A stretch of 61,084 nt of DNA from Minisyncoccota bacterium (GCA_029881675.1 JAOUMD010000003.1:1-61084), one strand, 5' to 3'; positions 26,300 to 35,029 are shown, counted from the stretch's first letter. The notes: generated by a model not told the origin, from the sequence alone. Translations and numbers: made by a program.

Positions 26300-27415
26300 T
26301 TAGCTATTATTCCAACCTTGTTGGATTGGACCTGTCCATTCCCACATTGGGGTGTCACTGAATGCTTGCACGTTCATTCCCATTCCTGCAAATTTAGTGT
26401 AAGCCGCTTCACCAACATCGGTAAAGTCGAGTCCGGGGAAATTCACAGCAGGATTAGGAGGAATGACTACATCACTTGCCATATCTGTAGGAAGGTAAAT
26501 TCTCTGGACAACGGTTGGATCCTGTTCGTACATCTTTCCACCAAAATCTTCGATTGAAGATGCCCCACAATGACTGCGGGCTTGGTTAGGAACCAAAATA
26601 GCATCTGCGCGATCCAATGATTTCATGAACGCTGTATTGCTTTGTACCAATTGAACAGATTTCATGTGGTCTTGTGGATCCGGGATAGTGTTAACTTCTG
26701 TATCCACAACACTATAATTTTCAAAGAGAGGATGTCCACCTTTTACATGGTTTTCACGCATGGTTGAGCGGGCAACTTCCCAGAAGAAGATAGTTTCATG
26801 AAGCAAAGGAACCAGCGCATGGTCGATACCACCTAAAATAACGTGGTAGGGCCAGACGATGAGCAATTGTTTGCCACGAACCTCTAATTGTGTGACGTAA
26901 TGCATTGCGTAGCGATAAGCATAAAGCTCGTTGCCGCCAAACATTTCGCCAACAATCGCGGGGTTAATCCGAATTTGACCAGATTTGACCATAGCAACAG
27001 TGATTTGCGTACTAGGATCAGGATGAGAGCCATCCTTGTACACCCAGAACATCGCATGGAAAACTGCCATTGCCCGATGTGTATCAAGTGTTGCAATAAT
27101 CCGTTTGATGAGATGACCATATTGAAGAATGAATCGAATCAAGCGTTCAGTATCTTCGATAGCACCACGACCACTGCGACCACCAACGAACAGTGGACCC
27201 ATTGTCATAGCAAAGGCGATTTGAAAATCAATTGCGAGCAATGATATATCAAAGTCCTGCGAGGCGGCGGGTGTTACGTTGTTAATTAACGCCCATTCTG
27301 TAGCTTCAGCCGCACGTGCCCCATAATCAGGGATGTACAGTTGTTCTACTTTGTTGGTTGCGAGTGCATCAGCGAAGTATGCGGGGATAGGTAGTACGTT
27401 CTTTGAAAGTTTCAT
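26300..27415 (-). CDS. isochorismatase/nicotinamidase-fold cysteine hydrolase, enlarged (371 aa)
   Basis: By-eye motifs: LLAIDFQIAF (catalytic Asp), TLDTHRAMAVFH (nicotinamidase-like D-x-H...H), HVKGGHPLFENYS (Lys) and ARSHCGASS (Cys). Confidence 0.55.
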   Translation of the reverse strand: MKLSKNVLPIPAYFADALATNKVEQLYIPDYGARAAEATEWALINNVTPAASQDFDISLLAIDFQIAFAMTMGPLFVGGRSGRGAIEDTERLIRFILQYGHLIKRIIATLDTHRAMAVFHAMFWVYKDGSHPDPSTQITVAMVKSGQIRINPAIVGEMFGGNELYAYRYAMHYVTQLEVRGKQLLIVWPYHVILGGIDHALVPLLHETIFFWEVARSTMRENHVKGGHPLFENYSVVDTEVNTIPDPQDHMKSVQLVQSNTAFMKSLDRADAILVPNQARSHCGASSIEDFGGKMYEQDPTVVQRIYLPTDMASDVVIPPNPAVNFPGLDFTDVGEAAYTKFAGMGMNVQAFSDTPMWEWTGPIQQGWNNS

Positions 27416-27440
27416 AGTTCAGTCGTATCCTTTTTTTAGG

Positions 27441-29276
27441 TTATTTGATTTTGAGTAGATGTACATGTTTCTCTGAAACTGCGTAGATTCCACCTTTTGC
27501 AGATAGAAGTACAGTTTCGTCATTAACAAACGGTTCTGTATCAGGGAAGCTTTGAGTTTCGACCAATTGGTCGTTATCAATTTCCACTTTTACAATTCCG
27601 TTGTCAGTTGGCAAAAGAATGAAATTCGCCACAGGTAACCCTTGTCGGATTTGCCCCAGCCAATTGTTTTCACCTTCAGTCGTTTGACCTTGGGCTAAAA
27701 CTTTTCCATCTTTGCTATATACGATACAGTGATTTATTATTTCACTGCCTTCTTTTGTTTGAAATAGTAACCAAACCTTATCTTTTGATATTGTCGCGTG
27801 TGCGTCTAACAACAGTCCATTGATCCGAAGATTTAGAGAGTCGTTAACGCGTTTGCGTTTAGTATCGAAGATAAAAGCAGTAGTTAATGCTCCAACACGA
27901 TAAAAACCAAAGCCAAAATCTTCGCCTGTCCAAAATTGTGAGCGACCCGGAACGAATCCTGATCTTTGCTCTAAACCAAATTTGGTTATTGCGCTGATGT
28001 GGCTGCCTTCTGTAAGGAAAATACTGTCTGAGTTAGTCCCAGCTAATGTTCTTCCTTGAAAAGTATCAGATACAAATTGCGTACTCTGACCTTGTTCATA
28101 AATATTGACACGACCCTCATTTGCGATTAGAGTTATATCCCCAGACACATATGCTTGCGCATAGGGTTGGAGTCTCTCTTCGACAATTACTTGGCCGTTC
28201 TCTCTGCGATACTTGCCGTTTTCATGATACACCACCATTAATTTTCTATTCTGGTACACTGCCGAAACAATAGTACCTCTAGTAGTAAATTCTAGTGTTG
28301 CAGTAACATTTCCACGGATTACCACAGCTTGTTGTTGTACCGGTATCTGAGGCACACTTGCTTTACCAGTTCTTATTGCTTCCAAGATTTCATCAGGCAT
28401 ATAGCCACGACGACCTTCTTCAAATACTTCTCGGAAGTAATCTTGAACTTGCATTGGGAATTCGGTAAAAGGTACTCCAGACTTAGGGTATCTCACGAGA
28501 GGGTTGAAAATAGAAATACCTAACATAGGTCTTTGTACATCCAGAACTTTTGCTTTTCCCTTTTCGTTTTTATACGATCCACCAAAAGGTGGCACAAAAG
28601 TTAATAGCTCCCAGAGCATGGCATGATAGCCATACCAGTCACTATTTGCATTATGTGGCAGAATCAGCATTGGTTTTGTTTGATTGGGATCACAGTGCAA
28701 TGGATCAACATAGCGTGCGGTGAATGTAGGGGTTAAATAAGAGCCCCACTGTCCAGCATCGATATCGATAACTGCGATTCTGTTTTTCCCGTTGACCTTC
28801 ATTGTGTTCATCGACGTAAAATCTGAAAACACGAATGGGTTTGTATTCTCATGAGCACCCTGAACGGTATCGCGTAAATGACGAAACATCTCCACGACAT
28901 CTGAACGGGTAACGCCAGAACTTTTAGCAAACTTAGGTTTGGACAACTGTTTAAGAATGTAGCCATCAACCATGGGCATGCTATAAGCCACTATAGTTCC
29001 ACCTTTTCTGTCATAGCCCAAATGTTGGGGTTTAATGACATCGTCTGGTAGTCCAGTCGGAAATTGAGGGAGTTTCACTTGAAGGACTTCTAGGCGTTTT
29101 TCAGCCATATTTCTTTCATGATCTTCATTGGGTTTCCCACTATATGAAGGGTCATTCCCTCTTTTATAACGTTTGAATGCTGTCTGTCCGATTTTATGAA
29201 CGTAGGCTTCGTTTCCTTGTCCTACTTCGGTATCGTCAGAGAGAGTTACATATTGTCCGTTAATCCAGACTTTCAT
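27441..29276 (-). CDS. Ser/Thr protein kinase-like protein with a ~300-aa beta-rich C-terminal domain
   Basis: GQGNEAYVHK (Gly-rich loop), AFKRYK (Lys), FSDFTSMN (catalytic-loop D...N) and VIDIDAG (DFG-like). The C-terminal half has repeated beta-strand-like segments. Confidence 0.6.
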   Translation of the reverse strand: MKVWINGQYVTLSDDTEVGQGNEAYVHKIGQTAFKRYKRGNDPSYSGKPNEDHERNMAEKRLEVLQVKLPQFPTGLPDDVIKPQHLGYDRKGGTIVAYSMPMVDGYILKQLSKPKFAKSSGVTRSDVVEMFRHLRDTVQGAHENTNPFVFSDFTSMNTMKVNGKNRIAVIDIDAGQWGSYLTPTFTARYVDPLHCDPNQTKPMLILPHNANSDWYGYHAMLWELLTFVPPFGGSYKNEKGKAKVLDVQRPMLGISIFNPLVRYPKSGVPFTEFPMQVQDYFREVFEEGRRGYMPDEILEAIRTGKASVPQIPVQQQAVVIRGNVTATLEFTTRGTIVSAVYQNRKLMVVYHENGKYRRENGQVIVEERLQPYAQAYVSGDITLIANEGRVNIYEQGQSTQFVSDTFQGRTLAGTNSDSIFLTEGSHISAITKFGLEQRSGFVPGRSQFWTGEDFGFGFYRVGALTTAFIFDTKRKRVNDSLNLRINGLLLDAHATISKDKVWLLFQTKEGSEIINHCIVYSKDGKVLAQGQTTEGENNWLGQIRQGLPVANFILLPTDNGIVKVEIDNDQLVETQSFPDTEPFVNDETVLLSAKGGIYAVSEKHVHLLKIK

Positions 29277-30160
29277 TATTCACCTCGTGTTCTGACACCG
29301 ACAAGAATTGTAGTGTCATCATTTAAAAGTGACTTTCCTTTGACTATTCGAGCAAGGTTAGCATTACCAGCCTTTATAGCTTGTTGAACGCTTTCACGAT
29401 CAATTTTTGCAATGCGCTGATTTGCTAGCACTAGCCTACGCCTGATAAAATCGGCGTTCTTTAGTGCTTTATCTGACCAGAATTGGTCAATGCTTCCCAA
29501 TGGTTTGCCATTTGGCATAACTAGCCCATCTTCAAGTAGATTACCTACCCCATCAGTTCCGATTAGAAAATGATCCAACTCTGCAGTTGGCATTATGATC
29601 GGGATTTGGAATGGAATTGGTTTTTCTGAAAGAAGAGCTTGTGCTACGCAAGGTGGTTGGTTATTTGGAAATGGTCCTAAAACGTTAACATCATCATTAA
29701 CTATGACCACTCCATCACCAATATGAAAAAAGACTGTTATCTGTGGGGTTATGATTACTCCGACAGTCGTGTGCATGAAATACCCTAACGCAATTTCACT
29801 GAAACTTCCTCCTGACATTGTCATCGTCAAGATAATGTTCCGGTATTGCGAAATGATATTTTGCTTAGCTTTTTCCCACATTGGATTATCTGGGTGCAAT
29901 ACATCTGCATGATTAGCTTGCGCTAAACCAACAGACATTGCTGCTTGATATAACACTTCTGGAATAATTAGTGAACCAAGTCTTGCACCAAATTCTGAAG
30001 CAATTGTGACGTGAGGGTCTCCCAACCCGTCACAAACTACGCCGATGATTACACCCCCCGGAAATACTTTCCAGTTGAATGCATCATGGGAATTTTTTGG
30101 TACGTTGAGATGGTCACTGCCTACCGTAGAACCTCCAGCAATTTTAAATGCTTGAGCCAT
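29276..30160 (-). CDS. PP2C-family protein phosphatase
   Basis: GSDHLNVPKNSHDAF, VVCDGLGD, HIGDGV, LIGTDGV and NDDTTILV. GGAGG SD upstream. The stop overlaps the kinase start (TAATG). Confidence 0.7.
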   Translation of the reverse strand: MAQAFKIAGGSTVGSDHLNVPKNSHDAFNWKVFPGGVIIGVVCDGLGDPHVTIASEFGARLGSLIIPEVLYQAAMSVGLAQANHADVLHPDNPMWEKAKQNIISQYRNIILTMTMSGGSFSEIALGYFMHTTVGVIITPQITVFFHIGDGVVIVNDDVNVLGPFPNNQPPCVAQALLSEKPIPFQIPIIMPTAELDHFLIGTDGVGNLLEDGLVMPNGKPLGSIDQFWSDKALKNADFIRRRLVLANQRIAKIDRESVQQAIKAGNANLARIVKGKSLLNDDTTILVGVRTRGE

Positions 30161-30506
30161 ATCATACCTCCGTAAACTTTCGTAAACTTATTAATCTCCA
30201 TTTGTTAATGTGCCCCCATTGCTTACGCAGAATTGTGTAATTTATGCAATTGGGTTACATTCCCCCTCACCCTTATAGCCCGTAGACTACAACTCCTCAA
30301 AAGAGAGGAGGTTAAGGTTTGGGATTTTTGTTAGGTACATACATACCTAACGTTCACTCAATATCCTTATTCTCTATGTTACTGTGTTAGCAACACTTCA
30401 AATTTAGAGTATGAGCTAATTTTATTATCTATTTTTTAATAAATAACAAAATTAGGTGATACTCTTTGATTATTCTTTAACACATCAGGTGTGTAGAACG
30501 ACTCGC
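30161..30506 (-). promoter_or_regulatory. long (~345 nt) structured 5' leader of the island operon
   Basis: No credible ORF. Tandem CGTAAACTT x2 at 30171-30189 abuts the SD. Hairpins CTCCTC-AAAAGA-GAGGAG (30294-30311), TTAGGTA-CATACA-TACCTAA (30331-30350) and CCCCATTGC...GCAATTGGG (30213-30253). Confidence 0.45.
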
Positions 30507-30538
30507 TATTTTCTCATTATAGGATAAAAAAGTCAACT
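30507..30538 (-). promoter_or_regulatory. promoter module copy 2 (minus strand TTGACT-17-GAAAAT with an embedded TATAAT)
   Basis: Minus strand reads AGTTGACTTTTTTATCCTATAATGAGAAAATA. It is 28/32 identical to 2699-2730. Confidence 0.45.
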
Positions 30539-30578
30539 CTTATATTTATAAGAAACTATTTGTCCTATCAATGAATAT

Positions 30579-31778
30579 TTAGTGTACTTTTTTAAGCAAC
30601 AATATACTTCTTCCTTTATGTCGTTCTCTGTACACAACATTGAAAGAATCCATTTTGGATACTATATCTTCTATTCTGGTAATTACAGTTGAACTGGAAG
30701 CTAATAAAGTTTGTCCATCTTTTTTTAAATTAGAATTAATTTGTTCTAGGTACATTTGATAAAGATCAACATTTTGTTTTTCTGGAATTAAACCAATAAC
30801 AAGATCTGCTTCTTTATCATTAACTTCCAAATCAATTTGATGTTTTGTGGTAATTGATTCTTCAGGGTAATCATATCTAATTAAATTTTCTTTGCTTGTC
30901 TTGAGAGCCAATAAATCTCTGTCTATTAAAGTAATATTTTTTGCTAAGAATTGTCTAGTTATTGCCAAAGGGATATATCCTTGCCCAGGGTTGAAGACTA
31001 TAAAGTTAGTTGGATTGCCTTTAATCTTTTTAAGATATGAGAGAGTTCTTTTTGTATCAAAACTTAATTGATCAAACTCAGGTAAGTTATGGCTAGTCTT
31101 TAAGATAATTTCTCTACCTTTATATTCAAAGCTATTATCTTGTCTATAGAATTTATCTTTATCAGTATCTATTTTGTTGTTTTCATTGGAGATGAAACTG
31201 AAGTGGTAAACATGATGACCTGGCCATGATTTTTGATAAAGTATTTCTATATTGTCATCAGATTCTAGAGAAGTCTTGATAAATTCATTGATGGCATCAA
31301 CTACAACTATGACCACTCTTCCGTCTTTAACTAAATGATTTTGGGCGTCTTTGATAATATGGGTTAATGCTTCTTCTCCAACTTTGGCAGGAATATTAGA
31401 AACTATTAAATCAAAATCAGTATCAGTGACTGAGTTATAGCCTAAGCTACCATATACTTTAATACCTTCAGAAAAGTTGTTTAGCTTTGCATTATCCCTA
31501 CTATATCTAAGAGCCAAAGCATCTCTATCCACCATGTGAATTTCTGCATCAGGACAAATAGCTTTGAGGGTAATGCCAATCGGTCCAACTCCACAACCAA
31601 GATCAAGAACTTTTTTATATTTATTTACTTTTTCAAAGATAAAAGTTCTAAGTAATCTGCTTGTGCCATGATCAATGGTTTGAGAACTGAATAAATCTTG
31701 AGATAAATTAAACTTAAGGGTTTTATCCTCATGTTTATATTCAACAGTTTTTTTATAGTATGGGTCAGTTAATGGCAC
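30579..31778 (-). CDS. class I SAM-dependent methyltransferase with tandem MTase lobes (RsmC/RlmG-like)
   Basis: VLDLGCGVGPIG (motif I) and IVSNIPAKVG (motif IV-like). A second, degenerate lobe follows (FNPGQGYIP...GLIPEK). Confidence 0.6.
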   Translation of the reverse strand: MPLTDPYYKKTVEYKHEDKTLKFNLSQDLFSSQTIDHGTSRLLRTFIFEKVNKYKKVLDLGCGVGPIGITLKAICPDAEIHMVDRDALALRYSRDNAKLNNFSEGIKVYGSLGYNSVTDTDFDLIVSNIPAKVGEEALTHIIKDAQNHLVKDGRVVIVVVDAINEFIKTSLESDDNIEILYQKSWPGHHVYHFSFISNENNKIDTDKDKFYRQDNSFEYKGREIILKTSHNLPEFDQLSFDTKRTLSYLKKIKGNPTNFIVFNPGQGYIPLAITRQFLAKNITLIDRDLLALKTSKENLIRYDYPEESITTKHQIDLEVNDKEADLVIGLIPEKQNVDLYQMYLEQINSNLKKDGQTLLASSSTVITRIEDIVSKMDSFNVVYRERHKGRSILLLKKVH

Positions 31779-31843
31779 GATAAGTAATTTTTCTGATAAT
31801 TAGGTTAATTTTATAGACTACTTATTATACAGTACTTAATTTT

Positions 31844-32680
31844 TTACTTGAAAATAGAGTTGTAAACATTATTTATCAGTTCTAAACTTTTCTTTGCTCC
31901 ACTTTTTTGTGGATTTAACTCAACAATATCTAGAGATATTGATTGATGTTTTTTTATTTCATTTAAGACTGTAAGTACTTGTGCTTTTGATAGTCCATTT
32001 TTATTTGGTGTCCCAGTAGCACTGACCAACGATTCCATAAATACATCAATATCAAAAGAAATATGTAAGTGTGCAAACTTTTTTGACCAATTTAAAAGTG
32101 ATTTTGCCATATTAGGTGAAATATCATCTGATGAATATACTTCAATATTTTTTTGATCAATATATTTATTTTCAGTTTCTTGTGTAATAAGATTTCCAAC
32201 AAATTTAATTTGTTTTGTAAAATCACTATCATTTAGACTATTAATTAAGGATCTTAACCACATCCCGTGAAAGTTACTACTGGGACTAGTTGTTGGAAGG
32301 TGAAGATCAGCATGAGAGTCAAACATGATTAGGCAAACATTTTCTTGACCGTATTTTTGTATAACGGCTGAAAGACTAATATATGCAACACTATGATCTC
32401 CACCCAGACAAACTAAGGGTACTTTTTTATTCCAATGTTTTAAAATCTGGTTAGTGGCCTGTTGATATTGATCAAATATATTTTTTAAATATTGTTGATT
32501 ATTTGTATCAGCTATTTTAGAAAATGATATTTGAAGAACTTCATCGCTAGGTGTAGTTATTTCCTTAGAGATTGCACTACCACCTTCGGTTACACCATTA
32601 TTTAAAACAGTATGACCATGAGGGGCAAATTTAATACCTAAATTTGACGCTAAAATAACAAAGAGTTTGTTGTGGTTCAT
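31844..32680 (-). CDS. arginase/agmatinase/formimidoylglutamase-family ureohydrolase
   Basis: GGDHSVAY, FDSHADLH and SFDIDV metal-binding motifs. Confidence 0.7.
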   Translation of the reverse strand: MNHNKLFVILASNLGIKFAPHGHTVLNNGVTEGGSAISKEITTPSDEVLQISFSKIADTNNQQYLKNIFDQYQQATNQILKHWNKKVPLVCLGGDHSVAYISLSAVIQKYGQENVCLIMFDSHADLHLPTTSPSSNFHGMWLRSLINSLNDSDFTKQIKFVGNLITQETENKYIDQKNIEVYSSDDISPNMAKSLLNWSKKFAHLHISFDIDVFMESLVSATGTPNKNGLSKAQVLTVLNEIKKHQSISLDIVELNPQKSGAKKSLELINNVYNSIFK

Positions 32681-33993
32681 TAATACCGGTAGTGATCAGG
32701 TTTAAATGGACCTTTTTTATCAATTCCTAGATAGTCAGATTGTTCTTTGTTTAACTTTGTTAACTTAACTCCAATTTGGTCTAAGTGTAATGCAGCAACT
32801 TTTTCATCTAAGTGTTTTGGTAATTGATAAACACCAACTTCATATTCTTTATTGAATAATTCAATTTGCGCTAAGACTTGGTTTGCAAATGAATTAGACA
32901 TCACAAAAGAAGGATGACCCATCGCACAGCCTAAGTTAATTAATCTACCTTCAGCTAGAAGAATAATCCTATGTCCATCAGGGAAAGTATAGATGTCTAC
33001 TTGTGGTTTTAATTGTTTCTTTTTGATCTTTGGGAATTTATTTAATTGTTCGACCTGAATTTCAATGTCAAAGTGACCAATGTTACAAACAATGGCAGTG
33101 TCTTTCATTTTCTCCATGTGTTCAATTCTGATCACATCTTTACAACCAGTTGCGGTAACAAAGATATCAACTTCTTTGATAACATCCTCTACTCTTTTGA
33201 CTTCATAACCTTCCATGGCAGCTTGGAGTGCACAGATTGGGTCTACTTCACCGATGATAACTCTAGCACCATTATTACGAAGTGATTGAGCACTTCCTTT
33301 ACCAACATCACCAAAGCCAGCCACAAAGGCAACCTTACCAGCAAGCATAATGTCAGTAGCACGTCTGATTCCATCGACTAAAGATTCACGACAACCATAA
33401 ATATTATCAAACTTAGATTTTGTGACAGAGTCATTGACGTTAATGGCAGGAATTTTAAGTTCACCAGCTTTCATCATTTTATATAAATGATGGACACCTG
33501 TGGTTGTTTCTTCAGAAACACCTTTAATTTCTTCAAGTAATTCCGGGTATTCTTTGTGAATTAATCCTGTCAGGTCACCTCCATCATCAAGAATCATGTT
33601 TGGACCAACTTTATTACCTTTTTTATCAGTAAAGTTTAAGGTTTGCTCAGTACACCACCAGTATTCTTTTTCGCTTTCACCCTTCCAGGCAAAAACAGGG
33701 ATATTTTCTTTGGCAATAGCTGCTGCAGCATGGTCTTGAGTTGAGAAAATATTACATGAGGCCCATCTTACTTCTGCACCTAATGCAATTAGTGTTTCAA
33801 TTAGCACAGCTGTTTGAATGGTCATATGTAGGGAGCCAGCAATACGAGCACCTTTGAGAGGTTTCTTCTTGCCATATTCTTCTCTGATAGCCATTAAACC
33901 AGGCATTTCTTTTTGGGCTAATTCAATTTCATCTCTACCCCACTGTGCTAGTGAGATATCTTTAACTTTGTAGTCTTGTTTTGTTTTTGTCAT
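32680..33993 (-). CDS. ahcY: adenosylhomocysteinase
   Basis: Full-length match by eye to SAH hydrolase ([14 protein letters not shown]..., [11 protein letters not shown] motif, C-terminal DHYRY). Confidence 0.9.
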   Translation of the reverse strand: MTKTKQDYKVKDISLAQWGRDEIELAQKEMPGLMAIREEYGKKKPLKGARIAGSLHMTIQTAVLIETLIALGAEVRWASCNIFSTQDHAAAAIAKENIPVFAWKGESEKEYWWCTEQTLNFTDKKGNKVGPNMILDDGGDLTGLIHKEYPELLEEIKGVSEETTTGVHHLYKMMKAGELKIPAINVNDSVTKSKFDNIYGCRESLVDGIRRATDIMLAGKVAFVAGFGDVGKGSAQSLRNNGARVIIGEVDPICALQAAMEGYEVKRVEDVIKEVDIFVTATGCKDVIRIEHMEKMKDTAIVCNIGHFDIEIQVEQLNKFPKIKKKQLKPQVDIYTFPDGHRIILLAEGRLINLGCAMGHPSFVMSNSFANQVLAQIELFNKEYEVGVYQLPKHLDEKVAALHLDQIGVKLTKLNKEQSDYLGIDKKGPFKPDHYRY

Positions 33994-34031
33994 GTTAATT
34001 TTTTTTATTGTTTGTTTAATTACTTAATAAT

Positions 34032-34979
34032 TTATTTTGTTATAGTTTCTTTATAATTTTCTTGATATCTATTTTTAATTAACTTCCAATCAAAGTGATG
34101 TTCTTGAGTTCCATGTTTTTCTACAGCATATGCAGCTGTTACAGAGGCTAGTTGAACAGTCTTTGTTAACTCCCAGTCTCTGATATAGCCATAGATAAAA
34201 CCAGCTCGAAAGGCGTCACCGGCTCCAGTTGGATCAATCGCTTTGCTGACTTTAGCAGCTGAAATATTGTATGGTTTATATTTGTCTTTTTTAGAATAAA
34301 TAGTAGAACCTTTCTCACCTAGTGTAATGACACAAACTTTTGTTTGTTTGATAATAGCTTGTTTAGTTAACTGGGTTTTTTTAACTAGCATGCCCATTTC
34401 ATAATCATTAACAATCAAAAGTTCACAAGCTTTGAGACCAGTTAATAGATCTTCTTTGGATAGAGCTAAGATTTGTTGACCAACATCAAAGAACATTCTC
34501 TTTTTATATTTGATACATTCATTGGCCTGAATAATCATTTGTTTTGGGTCATGAGGTGAAACAACAAATAGAATATCTTCATCCTTAAACTTTTTTACAC
34601 TGAGACTACTAGCATCAGCCATAGCTCCAGGATAAAACCCTCCAACTTGGCAGTCATTCTTATCTGTTAGAACATTAAATGTTGCAGTAGGTAGATCTGA
34701 ATAATGGACATGAGATATATCCACTCCAAGCTTTTTAAGATCATTCATGTAGGACTTACTCTCGTGTCCTATGGCACCATAGAGAATGGGCTTTTCTTCA
34801 AGTAAAGCCAATGAATATGCAATGTTACCCGCAGTTCCTCCTGGGGTACGTTTTAGACTTTGGACTAAGGTTGAGATAGATAAAACATGGAGTTTATCTG
34901 GTTGAATGAGGTTCTCAAAGAGACCTTCAAAATTCATAATTTGGTCAACGGAAAGAGATCCAGAAAGAAGAATTTTCAT
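34032..34979 (-). CDS. PfkB-family carbohydrate/nucleoside (adenosine-like) kinase
   Basis: DPTGAGDAFRAGF signature. Adjacent to ahcY. Confidence 0.7.
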   Translation of the reverse strand: MKILLSGSLSVDQIMNFEGLFENLIQPDKLHVLSISTLVQSLKRTPGGTAGNIAYSLALLEEKPILYGAIGHESKSYMNDLKKLGVDISHVHYSDLPTATFNVLTDKNDCQVGGFYPGAMADASSLSVKKFKDEDILFVVSPHDPKQMIIQANECIKYKKRMFFDVGQQILALSKEDLLTGLKACELLIVNDYEMGMLVKKTQLTKQAIIKQTKVCVITLGEKGSTIYSKKDKYKPYNISAAKVSKAIDPTGAGDAFRAGFIYGYIRDWELTKTVQLASVTAAYAVEKHGTQEHHFDWKLIKNRYQENYKETITK

Positions 34980-35029
34980 ACTAGGAAATATAGCATCTTT
35001 GAGGAGTAATCATAACCCAATATATTTTG

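Larger units (their letters stand above)
25047..30360. other. compositionally distinct (G+C-richer) genomic island, probable horizontal acquisition
   Basis: Hand counts of single 60-nt lines: 26881-26940 = 28/60 G+C and 28861-28920 = 29/60 inside. Outside, 24361-24420 = 17/60 and 30601-30660 = 19/60. No integrase or transposase is present. Confidence 0.6.

Noticed and set aside
26183-27244. Plus-strand track ORFs 26183..26557 and 26888..27244, plus the minus-strand alternate-frame ORF 26884..27120, inside the island. Similar shadow ORFs occur elsewhere: 11601..12218, 13821..14096, 25234..25527, 44015..44308, 48696..49511, 56183..56539 and 58070..58378.
   Set aside because: All are antisense to, or out of frame within, long ORFs with clear family motifs. 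They have biased, low-complexity or Cys/Arg/Ser-rich compositions typical of shadow frames, and they lack an SD.
25047-30360. Direct repeats or att-like sequences at the island borders (AGGTTGGGG near 25115 versus AGGTTTGGGA near 30315), and any integrase, transposase or tRNA anchor.
   Set aside because: The similarity is only about 8/10 over a short G-rich string and the positions are not symmetrical. No recombinase gene and no tRNA lie adjacent. This is not enough to call a mobile element.
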